In this document: positions 1-10,420 of the stretch, piece by piece | Layout: the number at the start of each line of letters is the position of its first letter | Numbering within the stretch: position 1 is the first letter of the stretch | Source of the DNA: a virus | Length of the DNA: 64,000 bases | Virus record (IMG/VR): IMGVR_UViG_3300035670_000059 | Location: 49,733 to 113,732 of that record | Reading direction: 5' to 3' (one strand) | Notes under the pieces: generated by a model | The model's input: only the letters and a program-made list of their open reading frames with translations | What the model was told of the DNA's origin: nothing | Database searches by the model: none | Translations under genes and position numbers: made by a program

Positions 1-4
1 TGCT

Positions 5-505
5 ATGGAGAAAGAATCAGACCTAGAATTTGCTGTATCTGGTGATTGGTACCAAGAACAATTAGATGATCTAGAAAACTCAATTGGTGATTTAGAAAAC
101 AAAATTCAATCTATTAACGAAAATGCAATTGGTGAAGAAGTAGAAATAACAGCTGAAGTTGAAAATGTTGAAGAAGCTGAACCAAAAGCTGAAAAGAAAG
201 TAGTTAAAAAAGAATCTTTAGATAGTGAACTAGCCGAAATCGATACTCAAGCTGGAATCGTTGCTATGGAAGCTAAATTGGACAAAATCAGCGAAATGAT
301 TTCTACTAAAATGGAACGTTTAAGCATGATTGAAGAAGATGCTAATCTAGCGGATCTAGTAGATAAAGTTAAAGTAAAAGAAATGCAAAAAGAAATCAAA
401 ATCTTAGAAAAAGCTAAAGCTAAGATGGAGAAAATGTACGAAAAAATGAATGGTAAAGCATATACCAAAGAAATGGTAGACGAATCCTCATTTGACAATG
501 AATAA
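5..505 (+). CDS. Acidic coiled-coil head-associated protein (may extend 5' beyond window)
   Basis: E/K-rich helical ORF overlapping the prohead protease start; frame is open to the window edge. Confidence 0.5.
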   Translation: MEKESDLEFAVSGDWYQEQLDDLENSIGDLENKIQSINENAIGEEVEITAEVENVEEAEPKAEKKVVKKESLDSELAEIDTQAGIVAMEAKLDKISEMISTKMERLSMIEEDANLADLVDKVKVKEMQKEIKILEKAKAKMEKMYEKMNGKAYTKEMVDESSFDNE

Positions 506-1103
506 GCAATTACTTATAGAAACCCACCCTATTAAAATTTCTGCATCCCCACTAACTGAAAATGTTGGTGGGGTAAAGAAACCTCTAATAGTAGAAGGTA
601 TACTAGCTACAGCCGAAGTTAAAAACGGTAACGGTAGATATTATGCCCGTGATTTGTGGGATCGTGAAATGAAAAAGTACTCTGAGCTAATCAAGCAAAG
701 ACGTGCTATGGGTGAATTAGATCACCCTGAATCCCAAGTTATTAACTTAAAAAATGTATCTCATATCATCTCCGATTACTGGTGGGATGGAGATAATGTA
801 ATGGGTAAAATTGAAGTACTTAATACTCCATCTGGTCAAATTTTAGAAGCACTAATCCGTAACAACGTTACCGTAGGTGTATCTTCCCGAGGAATGGGCT
901 CATTAGAACAAAATGGTAACGTAATGGAAGTACAAGATGATTTCGAATTATTATGTTGGGATTTTGTTTCCACTCCATCCAATCCAGGCTCATATATGTC
1001 TGTATTGCGAGAAGGTAAAGAATATCCTACCACAAACTATAGTAAAGTAAATAGTATTATACACGAAATACTCTGCTCTAAAGGCAGTTGCCCAATATTT
1101 TAA
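492..1103 (+). CDS. Prohead core protease (T4 gp21-like)
   Basis: NGNGRYY, GELDHP, GVSSRGMGS, WDFVSTPS motifs; upstream of scaffold and MCP. Start may be ATG 498. Confidence 0.93.
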   Translation: MTMNKQLLIETHPIKISASPLTENVGGVKKPLIVEGILATAEVKNGNGRYYARDLWDREMKKYSELIKQRRAMGELDHPESQVINLKNVSHIISDYWWDGDNVMGKIEVLNTPSGQILEALIRNNVTVGVSSRGMGSLEQNGNVMEVQDDFELLCWDFVSTPSNPGSYMSVLREGKEYPTTNYSKVNSIIHEILCSKGSCPIF

Positions 1104-1162
1104 TACTCCCCAACGGACGCTACCGAAGGATGTGCCCCTCCTAGAATAGTCTTCTAGGACCG

Positions 1163-1184
1163 AAGCCCTCTCTGGAGGGCTTTT
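1163..1184 (+). terminator. Intrinsic terminator-like hairpin
   Basis: AAGCCCTC-TCTG-GAGGGCTT followed by TT. Confidence 0.55.
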
Positions 1185-1315
1185 CGCGTTTTGAAAAATC
1201 CCAATATACGTATAATCGTAAATGTGCTATCCCCGCTATATAGCACCATATTTTTAATTTATATTATTACGTTACTATCTAATAAACGTATTTCACTAAA
1301 AAAATTTTAGGACAA

Positions 1316-2722
1316 ATGACAAACAGAGACTTGCTTAAAGAAGCAATCGCTGATGCAAAAGCTGTTAAAGAAACTGCTATTGCAAATGCAAAAGCTGCTT
1401 TAGAAGAGGCATTTACTCCACATTTGAAGTCTATGTTGGCCGCTAAATTAGAAGAAATGGATAAAGACGATGACGTTGAAGAAGCCATGAAAGCTAAGAA
1501 AGAGAAAGACATGATGGAAGAATTTGAAGTAAATGAAGTAAAGGATGAAATCGAAGAAGAATTTGATTTAAACGAAATCCTTGCGGAACTTGAAGAAGGT
1601 GAAGACAAAGACGAAATGTACGAAGCTGAAGAAGAAGAAATGGAAGCCGGAGAAGAAGGCGAAATGGAAGCTGGCGAAATGGAAGATGTAGAAATCGACC
1701 TAGAAGACATGACCGAAGATGATCTCAAATCCTTTATCGAGGATGTAATTGCCGACATGGTAGCTGCAGGTGAATTGGAAGCTGGAGAAGAAATGGAAGC
1801 CGAGATGGGCGACATGGAAGCTGAAGAGGAAATGGGCGACATGGAGGAATTAGACGAAATGGATGAAGTAAGTTGGAACGAGAAAAACAATCCTGCAAGA
1901 GGTGCTACTTTAGATAAGTTAGCCCCAACAAAAGTAGGACAATCTACTTCCGCTTATGCTGTTAACGAAGTTGAAGAATCTTTAGCAGATCCACAATTAT
2001 TAGATGTTGCAGCAGGTGTTGCAGGATTAATTGGTGGTGGTGCTGGATTAGCTTATGTAATTGATGCTTTAAAATCAGGTAAAGCTGGTAAAGCTGGAGC
2101 AGCATTAGCTAATGCGCTTGAAAAAGCAGCAGGTTCCGCCGGAGTTAACAAACCTACAGGTACAAAAATGATGGAAGAGAAAGAAGAAGTGGAAGAAGTA
2201 ACAGGAGCAAGTGGTGGATATGATCCATCTAGTGCTGCAGGTGCTGGTTTAGAAAACCTTATTGATGGTGTTAAAGCCCTTATTAAAAAAGGTGGACCAG
2301 CTGCTAAAAAGGCTTACGCTGTGTTACAACAGTTAGGTGCTGGAGCTGCTGCTGGTATGAAAGAAGGTGAAGACGAAATGAGCGAAATGGAAGAACTTAA
2401 GAAAGAACTTCAAGAAGTTAATTTGTTGAACGCTAAACTTTTATACACCAACAAAATCTTCAATTCCAAAACCCTTAACGAAAGCCAAAAACTTAGAGTA
2501 TTGAAGGCATTTGATAAGGCTACATCCGTAAAAGAAGCAAAAGTTATCTATGAAACATTAAACGAAGGAATGACATCTAAAAATGTTAAAACTTCTATGG
2601 CAAATGAAATCAAAGGTAGTGCTTCAAAAGCTACAGGGTTTATTAGCGAAAGCAAACACCCAATTGTAGAGGTTGATCCAATGGTAGCCAGATGGCAAAA
2701 ACTAGCTGGTATCAATAAATAA
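1316..2722 (+). CDS. Prohead scaffold/core protein
   Basis: Very acidic, helical; lies between protease and MCP; N-term LLKEAIADAKAVKETAIANA, C-term RWQKLAGI. Confidence 0.8.
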   Translation: MTNRDLLKEAIADAKAVKETAIANAKAALEEAFTPHLKSMLAAKLEEMDKDDDVEEAMKAKKEKDMMEEFEVNEVKDEIEEEFDLNEILAELEEGEDKDEMYEAEEEEMEAGEEGEMEAGEMEDVEIDLEDMTEDDLKSFIEDVIADMVAAGELEAGEEMEAEMGDMEAEEEMGDMEELDEMDEVSWNEKNNPARGATLDKLAPTKVGQSTSAYAVNEVEESLADPQLLDVAAGVAGLIGGGAGLAYVIDALKSGKAGKAGAALANALEKAAGSAGVNKPTGTKMMEEKEEVEEVTGASGGYDPSSAAGAGLENLIDGVKALIKKGGPAAKKAYAVLQQLGAGAAAGMKEGEDEMSEMEELKKELQEVNLLNAKLLYTNKIFNSKTLNESQKLRVLKAFDKATSVKEAKVIYETLNEGMTSKNVKTSMANEIKGSASKATGFISESKHPIVEVDPMVARWQKLAGINK

Positions 2723-2758
2723 TTTAAATAATAACTTAAAACAAACAATCGAAAAACA

Positions 2759-4378
2759 ATGAGCTTACAATCTCTTTTAGAAAGCGCAAACCCATACCAC
2801 TCTGTACAGAGTGATGCTGCTAGATTATCTAGCAAGTGGGAAAAAACAGGATTGCTAGAAGGTTTGGCTGGTACACATAAGAATAACATGAGTATCATCC
2901 TTGAAAACCAAGCTAAGCAATTAGTAACTGAAACATCTCAAACTGGTGGTGGTACTGCTTCAACAGGTACATTCACTGCAGGTGTAGGTGAGCAGTGGGC
3001 AGGAGTTGCTCTTCCATTGGTAAGAAAAGTATTTGGTCAAATTGCAGCGAAAGAATTCGTTTCTGTTCAACCAATGAACTTACCTTCTGGTTTAGTATTC
3101 TACCTTGATTTCCAGTACGGAACTACAAAAGCTCCATTTGCTGCTGGTGATTCTTTATATGGTGCAACTGGTGGAAACGATCCATTTGGTAACACTAACT
3201 CTGGTGGTTTCTACGGTGCTGGTAGATTCGGATATTCTATCAACAACACTGCTTCTGCAGTAACTGCTACTACTGCTTCTGCAGTATGGTCTGATATGGA
3301 CTTTGATTCTGATTATTCTGCTTCTGCAGTTGCTGGTGAATATAAGACAGTTAGTGTAGCTGTATCTGGATTACCTAATTACGATGCTGAAGGTATTAGA
3401 GCATTTGCTTTAGCTTCTGGATCTCTTTCTAATATCAATTTACCACAATTTACTAAAATTGTTGGATCTAACTTGGTATTCATCGTTTCTGGTTCTCAAG
3501 CTCCAGTTCAGTCTTCTACTGTAACTGTAACTTACCAATTACAACCACTTGATAAATTCAGAGGTGATTTTGAAGATGGAAACAATGCCTTGAACGGTAA
3601 CAACACTCCAATTTCAATCCCTGAAATCAACGTACAGATGAAATCTTCTGCTATCGTTGCTAAAACTCGTAAATTGAAGGCTGTATGGACTCCTGAATTT
3701 GCTCAGGATCTTAACGCTTACCATGCTCTTGATGCTGAAGCTGAATTGACTTCTATCCTTTCTGAGTACATTTCTTTGGAAATTGACCTTGAAATCTTGG
3801 ATATGTTGATGGATTCTGCTGCTGCTGGAACTGAAGTATGGTCTGCAGTTAACAACCAAGCTATCGTTGACAACGGAGCTAACGGAACTATCTCTAACTT
3901 AGGCTTCTATAACAGCCAAGGTCAGTGGTTCCAAACTCTTGGAACTAAAATCCAGAAGTTAAGCAACATTATTCACCAGAAAACTCTTCGTGGTGGTGCA
4001 AACTTCATGGTATTGTCTCCAGCTGTTTCTACAATCATCGAATCTATCCCTGGATTTGCAGGTGATGTTGATGGTGATGTTGAAAAGTCAACTTACGCAT
4101 TCGGAGTACAGAAAATTGGTGCTTTAGGCGGTGGTAAGATTAAGGTTTACAAAAACCCTTACATGCTTGAAAACCAAATCTTGTTAGGATTTAGAGGAAC
4201 TCAATTCCTTGAGTCTGGTGCCGTATTTGCTCCTTATATTCCATTGATCATGACTCCACTTGTGTACGATCCAGATACCTTTACTCCAAGAAAAGGTCTA
4301 TTGACTCGTTACGCTAAGAAGATGGTACGTCCTGAATTCTATGCGACTATTAAGGTTAATGGTTTGAATACTCTTTAA
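2759..4378 (+). CDS. Major capsid protein (T4 gp23-like)
   Basis: VSVQPMNLPSGLVFYLDF, AKTRKLKAVWTPEFAQDLNAYH, APYIPL, PRKGLLTRY motifs; strongly biased codon usage. Confidence 0.95.
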   Translation: MSLQSLLESANPYHSVQSDAARLSSKWEKTGLLEGLAGTHKNNMSIILENQAKQLVTETSQTGGGTASTGTFTAGVGEQWAGVALPLVRKVFGQIAAKEFVSVQPMNLPSGLVFYLDFQYGTTKAPFAAGDSLYGATGGNDPFGNTNSGGFYGAGRFGYSINNTASAVTATTASAVWSDMDFDSDYSASAVAGEYKTVSVAVSGLPNYDAEGIRAFALASGSLSNINLPQFTKIVGSNLVFIVSGSQAPVQSSTVTVTYQLQPLDKFRGDFEDGNNALNGNNTPISIPEINVQMKSSAIVAKTRKLKAVWTPEFAQDLNAYHALDAEAELTSILSEYISLEIDLEILDMLMDSAAAGTEVWSAVNNQAIVDNGANGTISNLGFYNSQGQWFQTLGTKIQKLSNIIHQKTLRGGANFMVLSPAVSTIIESIPGFAGDVDGDVEKSTYAFGVQKIGALGGGKIKVYKNPYMLENQILLGFRGTQFLESGAVFAPYIPLIMTPLVYDPDTFTPRKGLLTRYAKKMVRPEFYATIKVNGLNTL

Positions 4379-4402
4379 TCCTAGATTAAATATTCTTTAA
4401 AG

Positions 4403-4428
4403 GAGGCGCATTTTGCGCCTCTTTTTTT
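4403..4428 (+). terminator. Intrinsic terminator after MCP
   Basis: GAGGCGCA-TTT-TGCGCCTC plus T7. Confidence 0.85.
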
Positions 4429-4460
4429 ATATGTATAACCGACACGAATTATTCTGGGCT

Positions 4461-5048
4461 ATGAAAATATGTAAAAGATGTAATATTGAAAAACCATTAA
4501 ACGAATTTTTTTCTCGAAAAGGTGAAAAAGACGGCAAACATAGATATTGTAAACTATGTTTAAAACATGAAAATGACAATTGGTACCAAAACACTAAACA
4601 TCAAAGAATAAACTACTATAAAACCTACCGTGAACAAAATAAAGAGTATTTTAACCAATATTCAAATATACATTATCACACCAAAAAGGAATTATACAGA
4701 GAGTGGGAAAAAAACAAATATGCCACCGATTTTGAATTTCGCATAAAACATTTAACAGCAGGACGTATCCATGCCGCTTTATCCACTTATCAATCCCTAA
4801 AAAAAGACAGAACAATAGAATACCTAGGGTGTACTATATCCGAATACTGTGATTATCTAGAATCTAAATTTGATTCTAATATGACATGGGAAAATCAGGG
4901 AGTATATTGGCATATTGACCACATCAGACCTATTGCTTCATTTGATTTAACAGATGAAGAGCAATTATACCAATGTTTCCACTACACTAATACCCAGCCA
5001 ATGGAAAAAACGGAAAATAGATTAAAAAGCGACAAATATTTAAAGTAA
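4461..5048 (+). CDS. Free-standing HNH homing endonuclease
   Basis: N-term CxxC..CxxC; C-term MTWENQG..WHIDHIRP..HYTNTQP..N. ATG 4461 preferred because TTG 4413 lies inside the terminator. Confidence 0.85.
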   Translation: MKICKRCNIEKPLNEFFSRKGEKDGKHRYCKLCLKHENDNWYQNTKHQRINYYKTYREQNKEYFNQYSNIHYHTKKELYREWEKNKYATDFEFRIKHLTAGRIHAALSTYQSLKKDRTIEYLGCTISEYCDYLESKFDSNMTWENQGVYWHIDHIRPIASFDLTDEEQLYQCFHYTNTQPMEKTENRLKSDKYLK

Positions 5049-5051
5049 ATT

Positions 5052-5080
5052 AAGCCCAATCCTTTGGATTGGGCTTTTTT
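5052..5080 (+). terminator. Intrinsic terminator
   Basis: AAGCCCAATCC-TTT-GGATTGGGCTT plus T run. Confidence 0.85.
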
Positions 5081-5117
5081 ATTGTTATATTTATAACTGA
5101 ATTTTAAAGTTATCTAT

Positions 5118-5804
5118 ATGACATCAAATCATCATTCGGACGACGTGTTCGTCCAAAAGCGTAAACCAAAGAATCCAATTAAGTTTAATGTAGTTTTAAA
5201 TGCCGAACAAAAACAAGCCAAATCACTTATTTTAGAAAATCCCATTACTGTAATAAAAGGTATGGCTGGCTCTGGTAAAACGCTAGTTGCTGTCCAATGT
5301 GCTCTTGACATGTTTTTCAATAAACAGGTGGAAAAAATAGTCATATCACGGCCCACTGTATCCAAAGAAGATATCGGGTTTTTACCGGGCGATATACGTG
5401 AAAAAATGGATCCTTGGTTGGCCCCAATATACCACAATCTATATATGTTATACTCTAAAGAAAAAGTAGATAAACATTTAGAAAATGGAGATATTGAAAT
5501 TGTACCATTTGCTTTTATGCGAGGTAGAACATTTGTAAACTCGTTCGTAATTGTAGATGAGGCCCAAAACGTAACACATCCTCAAATGGAAACTGTTATA
5601 GGACGTTTAGGAAAAAATTCTAAAATGGTAATATGTGGCGATATAGCCCAAATAGATTTAAAGAATAAAAAAGAATCTGGATTTACCTTCCTATATAGAT
5701 TGGAAGAAAATGTTAAAGGATTTAAAACAATTTCTCTAGAAACAAACCACAGACACGAAATAGTTGCCCCTATATTAGAGGTATACAAGCTTTTTAGGGA
5801 CTAA
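5118..5804 (+). CDS. phoH: PhoH-family ATPase
   Basis: GMAGSGKT, GFLPGD, FMRGRTF, DEAQN, GDIAQID motifs. Confidence 0.95.
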   Translation: MTSNHHSDDVFVQKRKPKNPIKFNVVLNAEQKQAKSLILENPITVIKGMAGSGKTLVAVQCALDMFFNKQVEKIVISRPTVSKEDIGFLPGDIREKMDPWLAPIYHNLYMLYSKEKVDKHLENGDIEIVPFAFMRGRTFVNSFVIVDEAQNVTHPQMETVIGRLGKNSKMVICGDIAQIDLKNKKESGFTFLYRLEENVKGFKTISLETNHRHEIVAPILEVYKLFRD

Positions 5805-5831
5805 CATTTCTTCAATATTTATAATAAAAAG

Positions 5832-6260
5832 ATGGCAACCTTAAAACTTTTTATAAACGAACAAATTAGCTTAGACGGAGATGATAGAAGCACTCTTCAA
5901 TCTATTGACATATCAGATATAAACTATCTAGATCATAGAACTATGCTTCTTCCTGCTGGTGTTAAAACCACTATATTTAACTTTGATACCGAAGTAACAT
6001 CCGGTACTTTTAAGGAAGATAAGCTAAAATATGCTCGTGTAACAAACCATTCTACTAGCATTCCAGTTAATATAGAGGTATCTTCCTCTACACAAGCATT
6101 TAACTTTAGGATGGAACCACAACAATCTTTCTATCTTCCAAGTTCACAGGTAACAGGAAGCTTAGTAGGTTTTTCATACGATTATATTTCTTCTATAAAC
6201 TTAAGACCATCTGGAAGTGGTAATACTGCTAAAGTAGAATTTTTTGTAGCAACATCTTAA
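5832..6260 (+). CDS. Hypothetical virion protein
   Basis: Beta-rich ORF in the structural block, preceded by ATATTTATA. Confidence 0.55.
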   Translation: MATLKLFINEQISLDGDDRSTLQSIDISDINYLDHRTMLLPAGVKTTIFNFDTEVTSGTFKEDKLKYARVTNHSTSIPVNIEVSSSTQAFNFRMEPQQSFYLPSSQVTGSLVGFSYDYISSINLRPSGSGNTAKVEFFVATS

Positions 6261-6270
6261 TTAAAATAAT

Positions 6271-7416
6271 ATGAATATTCCTATATGGTCAGGTACTAGT
6301 ACTTTCTCTCCAGGTGAAACCCCATTCGGGTTTTATGACTATGATGCGGATTTCCAAAGAGATGCAGATAAAGTAGCAAATTTTTGTGCTAGACGATTAG
6401 GCTATCCTTTAGTAGATGTTGAATTACAAGATATTAGCTTTTATGCCGCATTCGAAGAAGCAATTACTACATACGGAAATGAACTATATTCTTATCAGAT
6501 TAGAGACAATCAATTAGATCTAATTGGTATAAATACTTCTACTCCATTAAACAATTCTATAGTTACCCCTAACTTTAGTTCCATAATTCGTTTATCACAA
6601 CAGTACGGATCTGAAGCAGGTACAGGTGGTAACATTACCTATTATAAAGGATCTATTCCTTTAACTGCTTCTATACAGGATTACGATCTAAAACAGTGGG
6701 CAGAAGACCAAGGTATAACTGGTGGTATTGAAATTAAACGAGTATTTTATGAGGCTCCACCTGCGGTAGTAAGATATTTTGACCCATACGCTGGTACAGG
6801 ATATGGATATCAAGCATTATTTGATAGTTTTGGATTTGGATCGTTTTCTCCTGCCATCAACTTTTTGATGATGCCCCTAAACTATGATCTGCAAACATTA
6901 CAAGCCATTGAGTTAAATGATATGGTTCGTAGATCTAATTATAGTTTTGAGATGAAAAACAATGTGTTAAGAATATTTCCTATCCCCAATAACTCGGATG
7001 CTAAAATGTTCTTTGAATACATTAAAGATAGTGAGCGAATAAGCGATTCGGTTGCTGCCCCTAATACTGAAGCAGCTAATAATGTATCTAATATACCTTA
7101 TGCTAACCCCACCTATGCCTTAATTAATAGTGTAGGCCGCCAGTGGATATTTGAGTATACTTTAGCTCTTGCTAAAGAAATATTAGGTTTAGTTAGAGGA
7201 AAATACACTAATATACCTATCCCTGGCTCTGAGGTAACATTAAATCAACAAGATTTATTAACACAAGCCGCAACCGATAAACTAAGATTAATTGAAAAAT
7301 TAAGAGAATATTTTGATCAAACTTCTCGTCAAGCTTCTTTGGAACGCAGAGCAGCCGAAGCAGGATTTAGAAAAAATGAATTAGCCGAAGTGCCATTTAC
7401 CATTTATATAGGATAA
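6271..7416 (+). CDS. Neck/head-tail adaptor protein (T4 gp13-like)
   Basis: RRLGYPLVDVEL and YTLALAKEILG..RGKY..IPG..VTLN motifs; position after head genes. Confidence 0.75.
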   Translation: MNIPIWSGTSTFSPGETPFGFYDYDADFQRDADKVANFCARRLGYPLVDVELQDISFYAAFEEAITTYGNELYSYQIRDNQLDLIGINTSTPLNNSIVTPNFSSIIRLSQQYGSEAGTGGNITYYKGSIPLTASIQDYDLKQWAEDQGITGGIEIKRVFYEAPPAVVRYFDPYAGTGYGYQALFDSFGFGSFSPAINFLMMPLNYDLQTLQAIELNDMVRRSNYSFEMKNNVLRIFPIPNNSDAKMFFEYIKDSERISDSVAAPNTEAANNVSNIPYANPTYALINSVGRQWIFEYTLALAKEILGLVRGKYTNIPIPGSEVTLNQQDLLTQAATDKLRLIEKLREYFDQTSRQASLERRAAEAGFRKNELAEVPFTIYIG

Positions 7417-7417
7417 T

Positions 7418-7936
7418 ATGTGTGCAATGTTTGGAGGCTTACGAGATGTAAGCTTAATTAGAAAGATGAATCGTGAGCTGTTAGGTAATATAATTACCCA
7501 ACAAGCTGCTTTCTACAAATACAAATTGCAGGAAACTAAAGTAAATTTATATGGTGAGGCAGCAGGTGTAAAATATTACGATGGTCCATTTCTATTTAAC
7601 TGTTTAATAACTAGAGTAGACCAGCAATACCCAGTAAGTGATATGGGTGTAGAATACCAACAAGGTATGTCATTTGCTTTTTTTAGAGATGATTTAGTAG
7701 ATGCTAATGTAGTACCTGAAGTAGGAGATATTATATTATATCAAGATAGCTACCATGGAGTACAATCTACAATAATTAACCAATACTTTGTAGGCAAAAA
7801 CCCAGATTATCCAAATAATCAAAACCCATTAAACCCCGGATTAGAAGAATTTGGCTCAAGTATATCTATAATATGCGATACTTTCTATATTCCAGCAGAT
7901 AAGGTTGCAATTTCTCCATATAAAGAACGCATGTAA
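7418..7936 (+). CDS. Head closure/neck protein (gp14-like)
   Basis: NLYGEA and PEVGDII motifs; follows gp13-like gene. Confidence 0.6.
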   Translation: MCAMFGGLRDVSLIRKMNRELLGNIITQQAAFYKYKLQETKVNLYGEAAGVKYYDGPFLFNCLITRVDQQYPVSDMGVEYQQGMSFAFFRDDLVDANVVPEVGDIILYQDSYHGVQSTIINQYFVGKNPDYPNNQNPLNPGLEEFGSSISIICDTFYIPADKVAISPYKERM

Positions 7937-8949
7937 TGGCTCGACCAAGAAAACCTGTACCCAAATCGCAACGAGAGATTAGTGAAAATCTCCAAAAAGC
8001 AACCGATCCGGTTAGAGGTAATCCTAATGCTAAAGTCAATCCAAACGAAAATGAAACCGGTATAGAGTTTAATCGTTCTACAAAACTAAGTTTTAAAGAC
8101 GATACTACAAAGCCATTTTCTATTGGTATACAAGATTTAGATGAAGCGGTATTTTACTATTTTAAAAATGTAATAAAACCATTTGTATATCAAAATGGTG
8201 AAAGAATTGAAGTACCAGTTATATATGGTTCTCCCGAAAGTTGGAAATCATTCCAAAAGGATGGATACTATAGAGATAAAAATGGGGCAATAATGCTCCC
8301 ATTAATAGCAGTAAAACGAGATTCTATATCTAAAGATAGGACTGTAGCAAACAAATTAGATTCAAACCAACCTAATCTATACGCTACATTCCAGAAGTCA
8401 TTCAACCCTAAAAACTTCTATAGCAATTTTGCTGCTTTAAACAATAGAATTCCGGTTAAAACATTTCATGCCGTAACTGTTCCCGATTACGTTACCTTAG
8501 AATACAGCTGCATTGTGCAAACATATTACATGGAACAATTAAATAAAGTAATTGAAGCCATTGAATATGCTTCGGATGCATATTGGGGTGATCCTGAACG
8601 CTTTAAATTTAGAGCATTTATAGACCAATTTACTACAGCTACTGAGCTATCAGCAGGTCAAGATAGACTAGTAAAAGGAACATTTACTATTCGTTTACGT
8701 GGCTATATTATACCTGACACATTGCAAAAGGATTTGAATTCTATCAAGAAGGTAAACTCCAAATCCAAAATTATTATACAAGTAGAAACAGTAACTAACT
8801 CCGATATATTTGATCCAAACATCAGAAAACTAAGTGATGGTAGAACTAGAAAAGATAGAGATACCGATGGTAGAATCAACAGTGTTGGAGACGTAACACC
8901 AGGAAGAGAAACACAATCACCCGATCCCGGATCAGAATTAAGATCATAA
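7936..8949 (+). CDS. Tail terminator/sheath stabiliser (gp15-like)
   Basis: IEVPVIYGSPESW, LPLIA, VPDYV motifs; synteny. Confidence 0.6.
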   Translation: MARPRKPVPKSQREISENLQKATDPVRGNPNAKVNPNENETGIEFNRSTKLSFKDDTTKPFSIGIQDLDEAVFYYFKNVIKPFVYQNGERIEVPVIYGSPESWKSFQKDGYYRDKNGAIMLPLIAVKRDSISKDRTVANKLDSNQPNLYATFQKSFNPKNFYSNFAALNNRIPVKTFHAVTVPDYVTLEYSCIVQTYYMEQLNKVIEAIEYASDAYWGDPERFKFRAFIDQFTTATELSAGQDRLVKGTFTIRLRGYIIPDTLQKDLNSIKKVNSKSKIIIQVETVTNSDIFDPNIRKLSDGRTRKDRDTDGRINSVGDVTPGRETQSPDPGSELRS

Positions 8950-8950
8950 G

Positions 8951-9334
8951 ATGTCAGATATTAGATTTATAGATTCGTTAAATGTAGGAGCATATACCAT
9001 TGAACCTGTCAGTGGTAGTATTAATATATTAGAAAATGTTAACAATTATGTAATTACGGCTACAGGTTATCCTGACATTATACAAGGTGAACCTAATTTA
9101 CAGTTCGATGGCTTAAATTTAACTATAGGCGGTAATTCCAGTGGTACATCTCGTTTAGAGGTATACCACACGGGAAGTGTTGATAATTTAATGTTAATAC
9201 GAAATGCGAGCACAAATACCGGTATTAAAGTAGATGGTGATGGTAGATTTCAATTACTAGAATTTGCTTCTTTACCCTCACCTATTGAAGGGGGGATTGT
9301 GTACGCGAGCAATGAATTTTATATAGGAATATAA
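8951..9334 (+). CDS. Small virion/fibre-associated protein
   Basis: NYVITATG..IQGEPNLQFDG fibre-like repeat. Confidence 0.5.
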   Translation: MSDIRFIDSLNVGAYTIEPVSGSINILENVNNYVITATGYPDIIQGEPNLQFDGLNLTIGGNSSGTSRLEVYHTGSVDNLMLIRNASTNTGIKVDGDGRFQLLEFASLPSPIEGGIVYASNEFYIGI

Positions 9335-9375
9335 AAATAATAATATTTATAACAAATATACTTTTATAATATAAC

Positions 9376-10401
9376 ATGGCAACCTGGAAGAAAATAATTG
9401 TTAGCGGCTCGAATGCTCATCTAGCTCAAATCACCTCCTCTGTTTTAACAGATGGTAATCTAATAATGGCGGGCACAGGTGGTGCTTTAAAAAATAGTAA
9501 CATATCTTTATCTGGCGGAAATTTTAATATTGGGTCTAACTCCATTATTTCCACGGGTGCTAACTCAGTATTAACCGGTTCATTTAGTGGTTCCTTTGTT
9601 GGTACTACCAACTTACCAGATTTAACCCAAGGCGCGGGTATTGTTCCGTTTACTTATGATGGTGGAGGAACTGCTACTGTTGCTGTTTCTGGTGCTGCTG
9701 CTTTAAATAGTGATGCAGTAACAAAATGGAATGGTGCCGCATTCGTTAACTCTTCCTTAACAGATAATGGCACAGTAGTATCAGGTGCTTCTTCTATTCA
9801 ATTATCAGGTGCTAACTCTTCTTTAACAGGTTCATTTACCGGTTCTTTTACAGGTGATGGTTCAGGTTTAACAGGATTAGCTACTACTTTAGATGTATCT
9901 GGTTCAAATGGCTCTGGCATTTCAATTAATATCTTAACCCAAGATCTTACAATTGGTGGTACTGTAAACGAAATTGAAACTTCTGCAGCTGGTACTACAA
10001 TTACAATTGGTTTACCAAATGATGTAACAATTGGTCAAGATTTAGTAGTTAATAGAAACTTAACAGTATTTGGTACTGCTTCTTTCCAACACACTGAAGA
10101 TCTTGATGTAGCCGATAGATTTATCCGTTTAGCTTCTGGCTCAAACGCAGCTGGAGACGGTGGTATTGCAATACAACAAAGTAATGCATTAGATGCTGAA
10201 GTATTTGGATTTGATTCTGGTGCTACACGTTGGGGAGTAAGCAGCTCATTTGATGCTTCCCAAAATGCATTTGTTCCTGATGCTTACATGGCTTTAACTT
10301 TAGAAGGAGCAGGTACAGATCCAACAGTAGTAGCAGCTAGATATCAAGTAAAAGGTAATATTTTTATAGGTTCAGATGAAGGTATTTGGATCTACTCTTA
10401 A
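9376..10401 (+). CDS. Collar/tail-fibre-like structural protein
   Basis: G/S/T-rich with TGSFTGSF repeats; N-term MATWKKIIVSGS shared with 10761 ORF. Confidence 0.6.
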   Translation: MATWKKIIVSGSNAHLAQITSSVLTDGNLIMAGTGGALKNSNISLSGGNFNIGSNSIISTGANSVLTGSFSGSFVGTTNLPDLTQGAGIVPFTYDGGGTATVAVSGAAALNSDAVTKWNGAAFVNSSLTDNGTVVSGASSIQLSGANSSLTGSFTGSFTGDGSGLTGLATTLDVSGSNGSGISINILTQDLTIGGTVNEIETSAAGTTITIGLPNDVTIGQDLVVNRNLTVFGTASFQHTEDLDVADRFIRLASGSNAAGDGGIAIQQSNALDAEVFGFDSGATRWGVSSSFDASQNAFVPDAYMALTLEGAGTDPTVVAARYQVKGNIFIGSDEGIWIYS

Positions 10402-10420
10402 TACATTAAAAAATTGGTTT

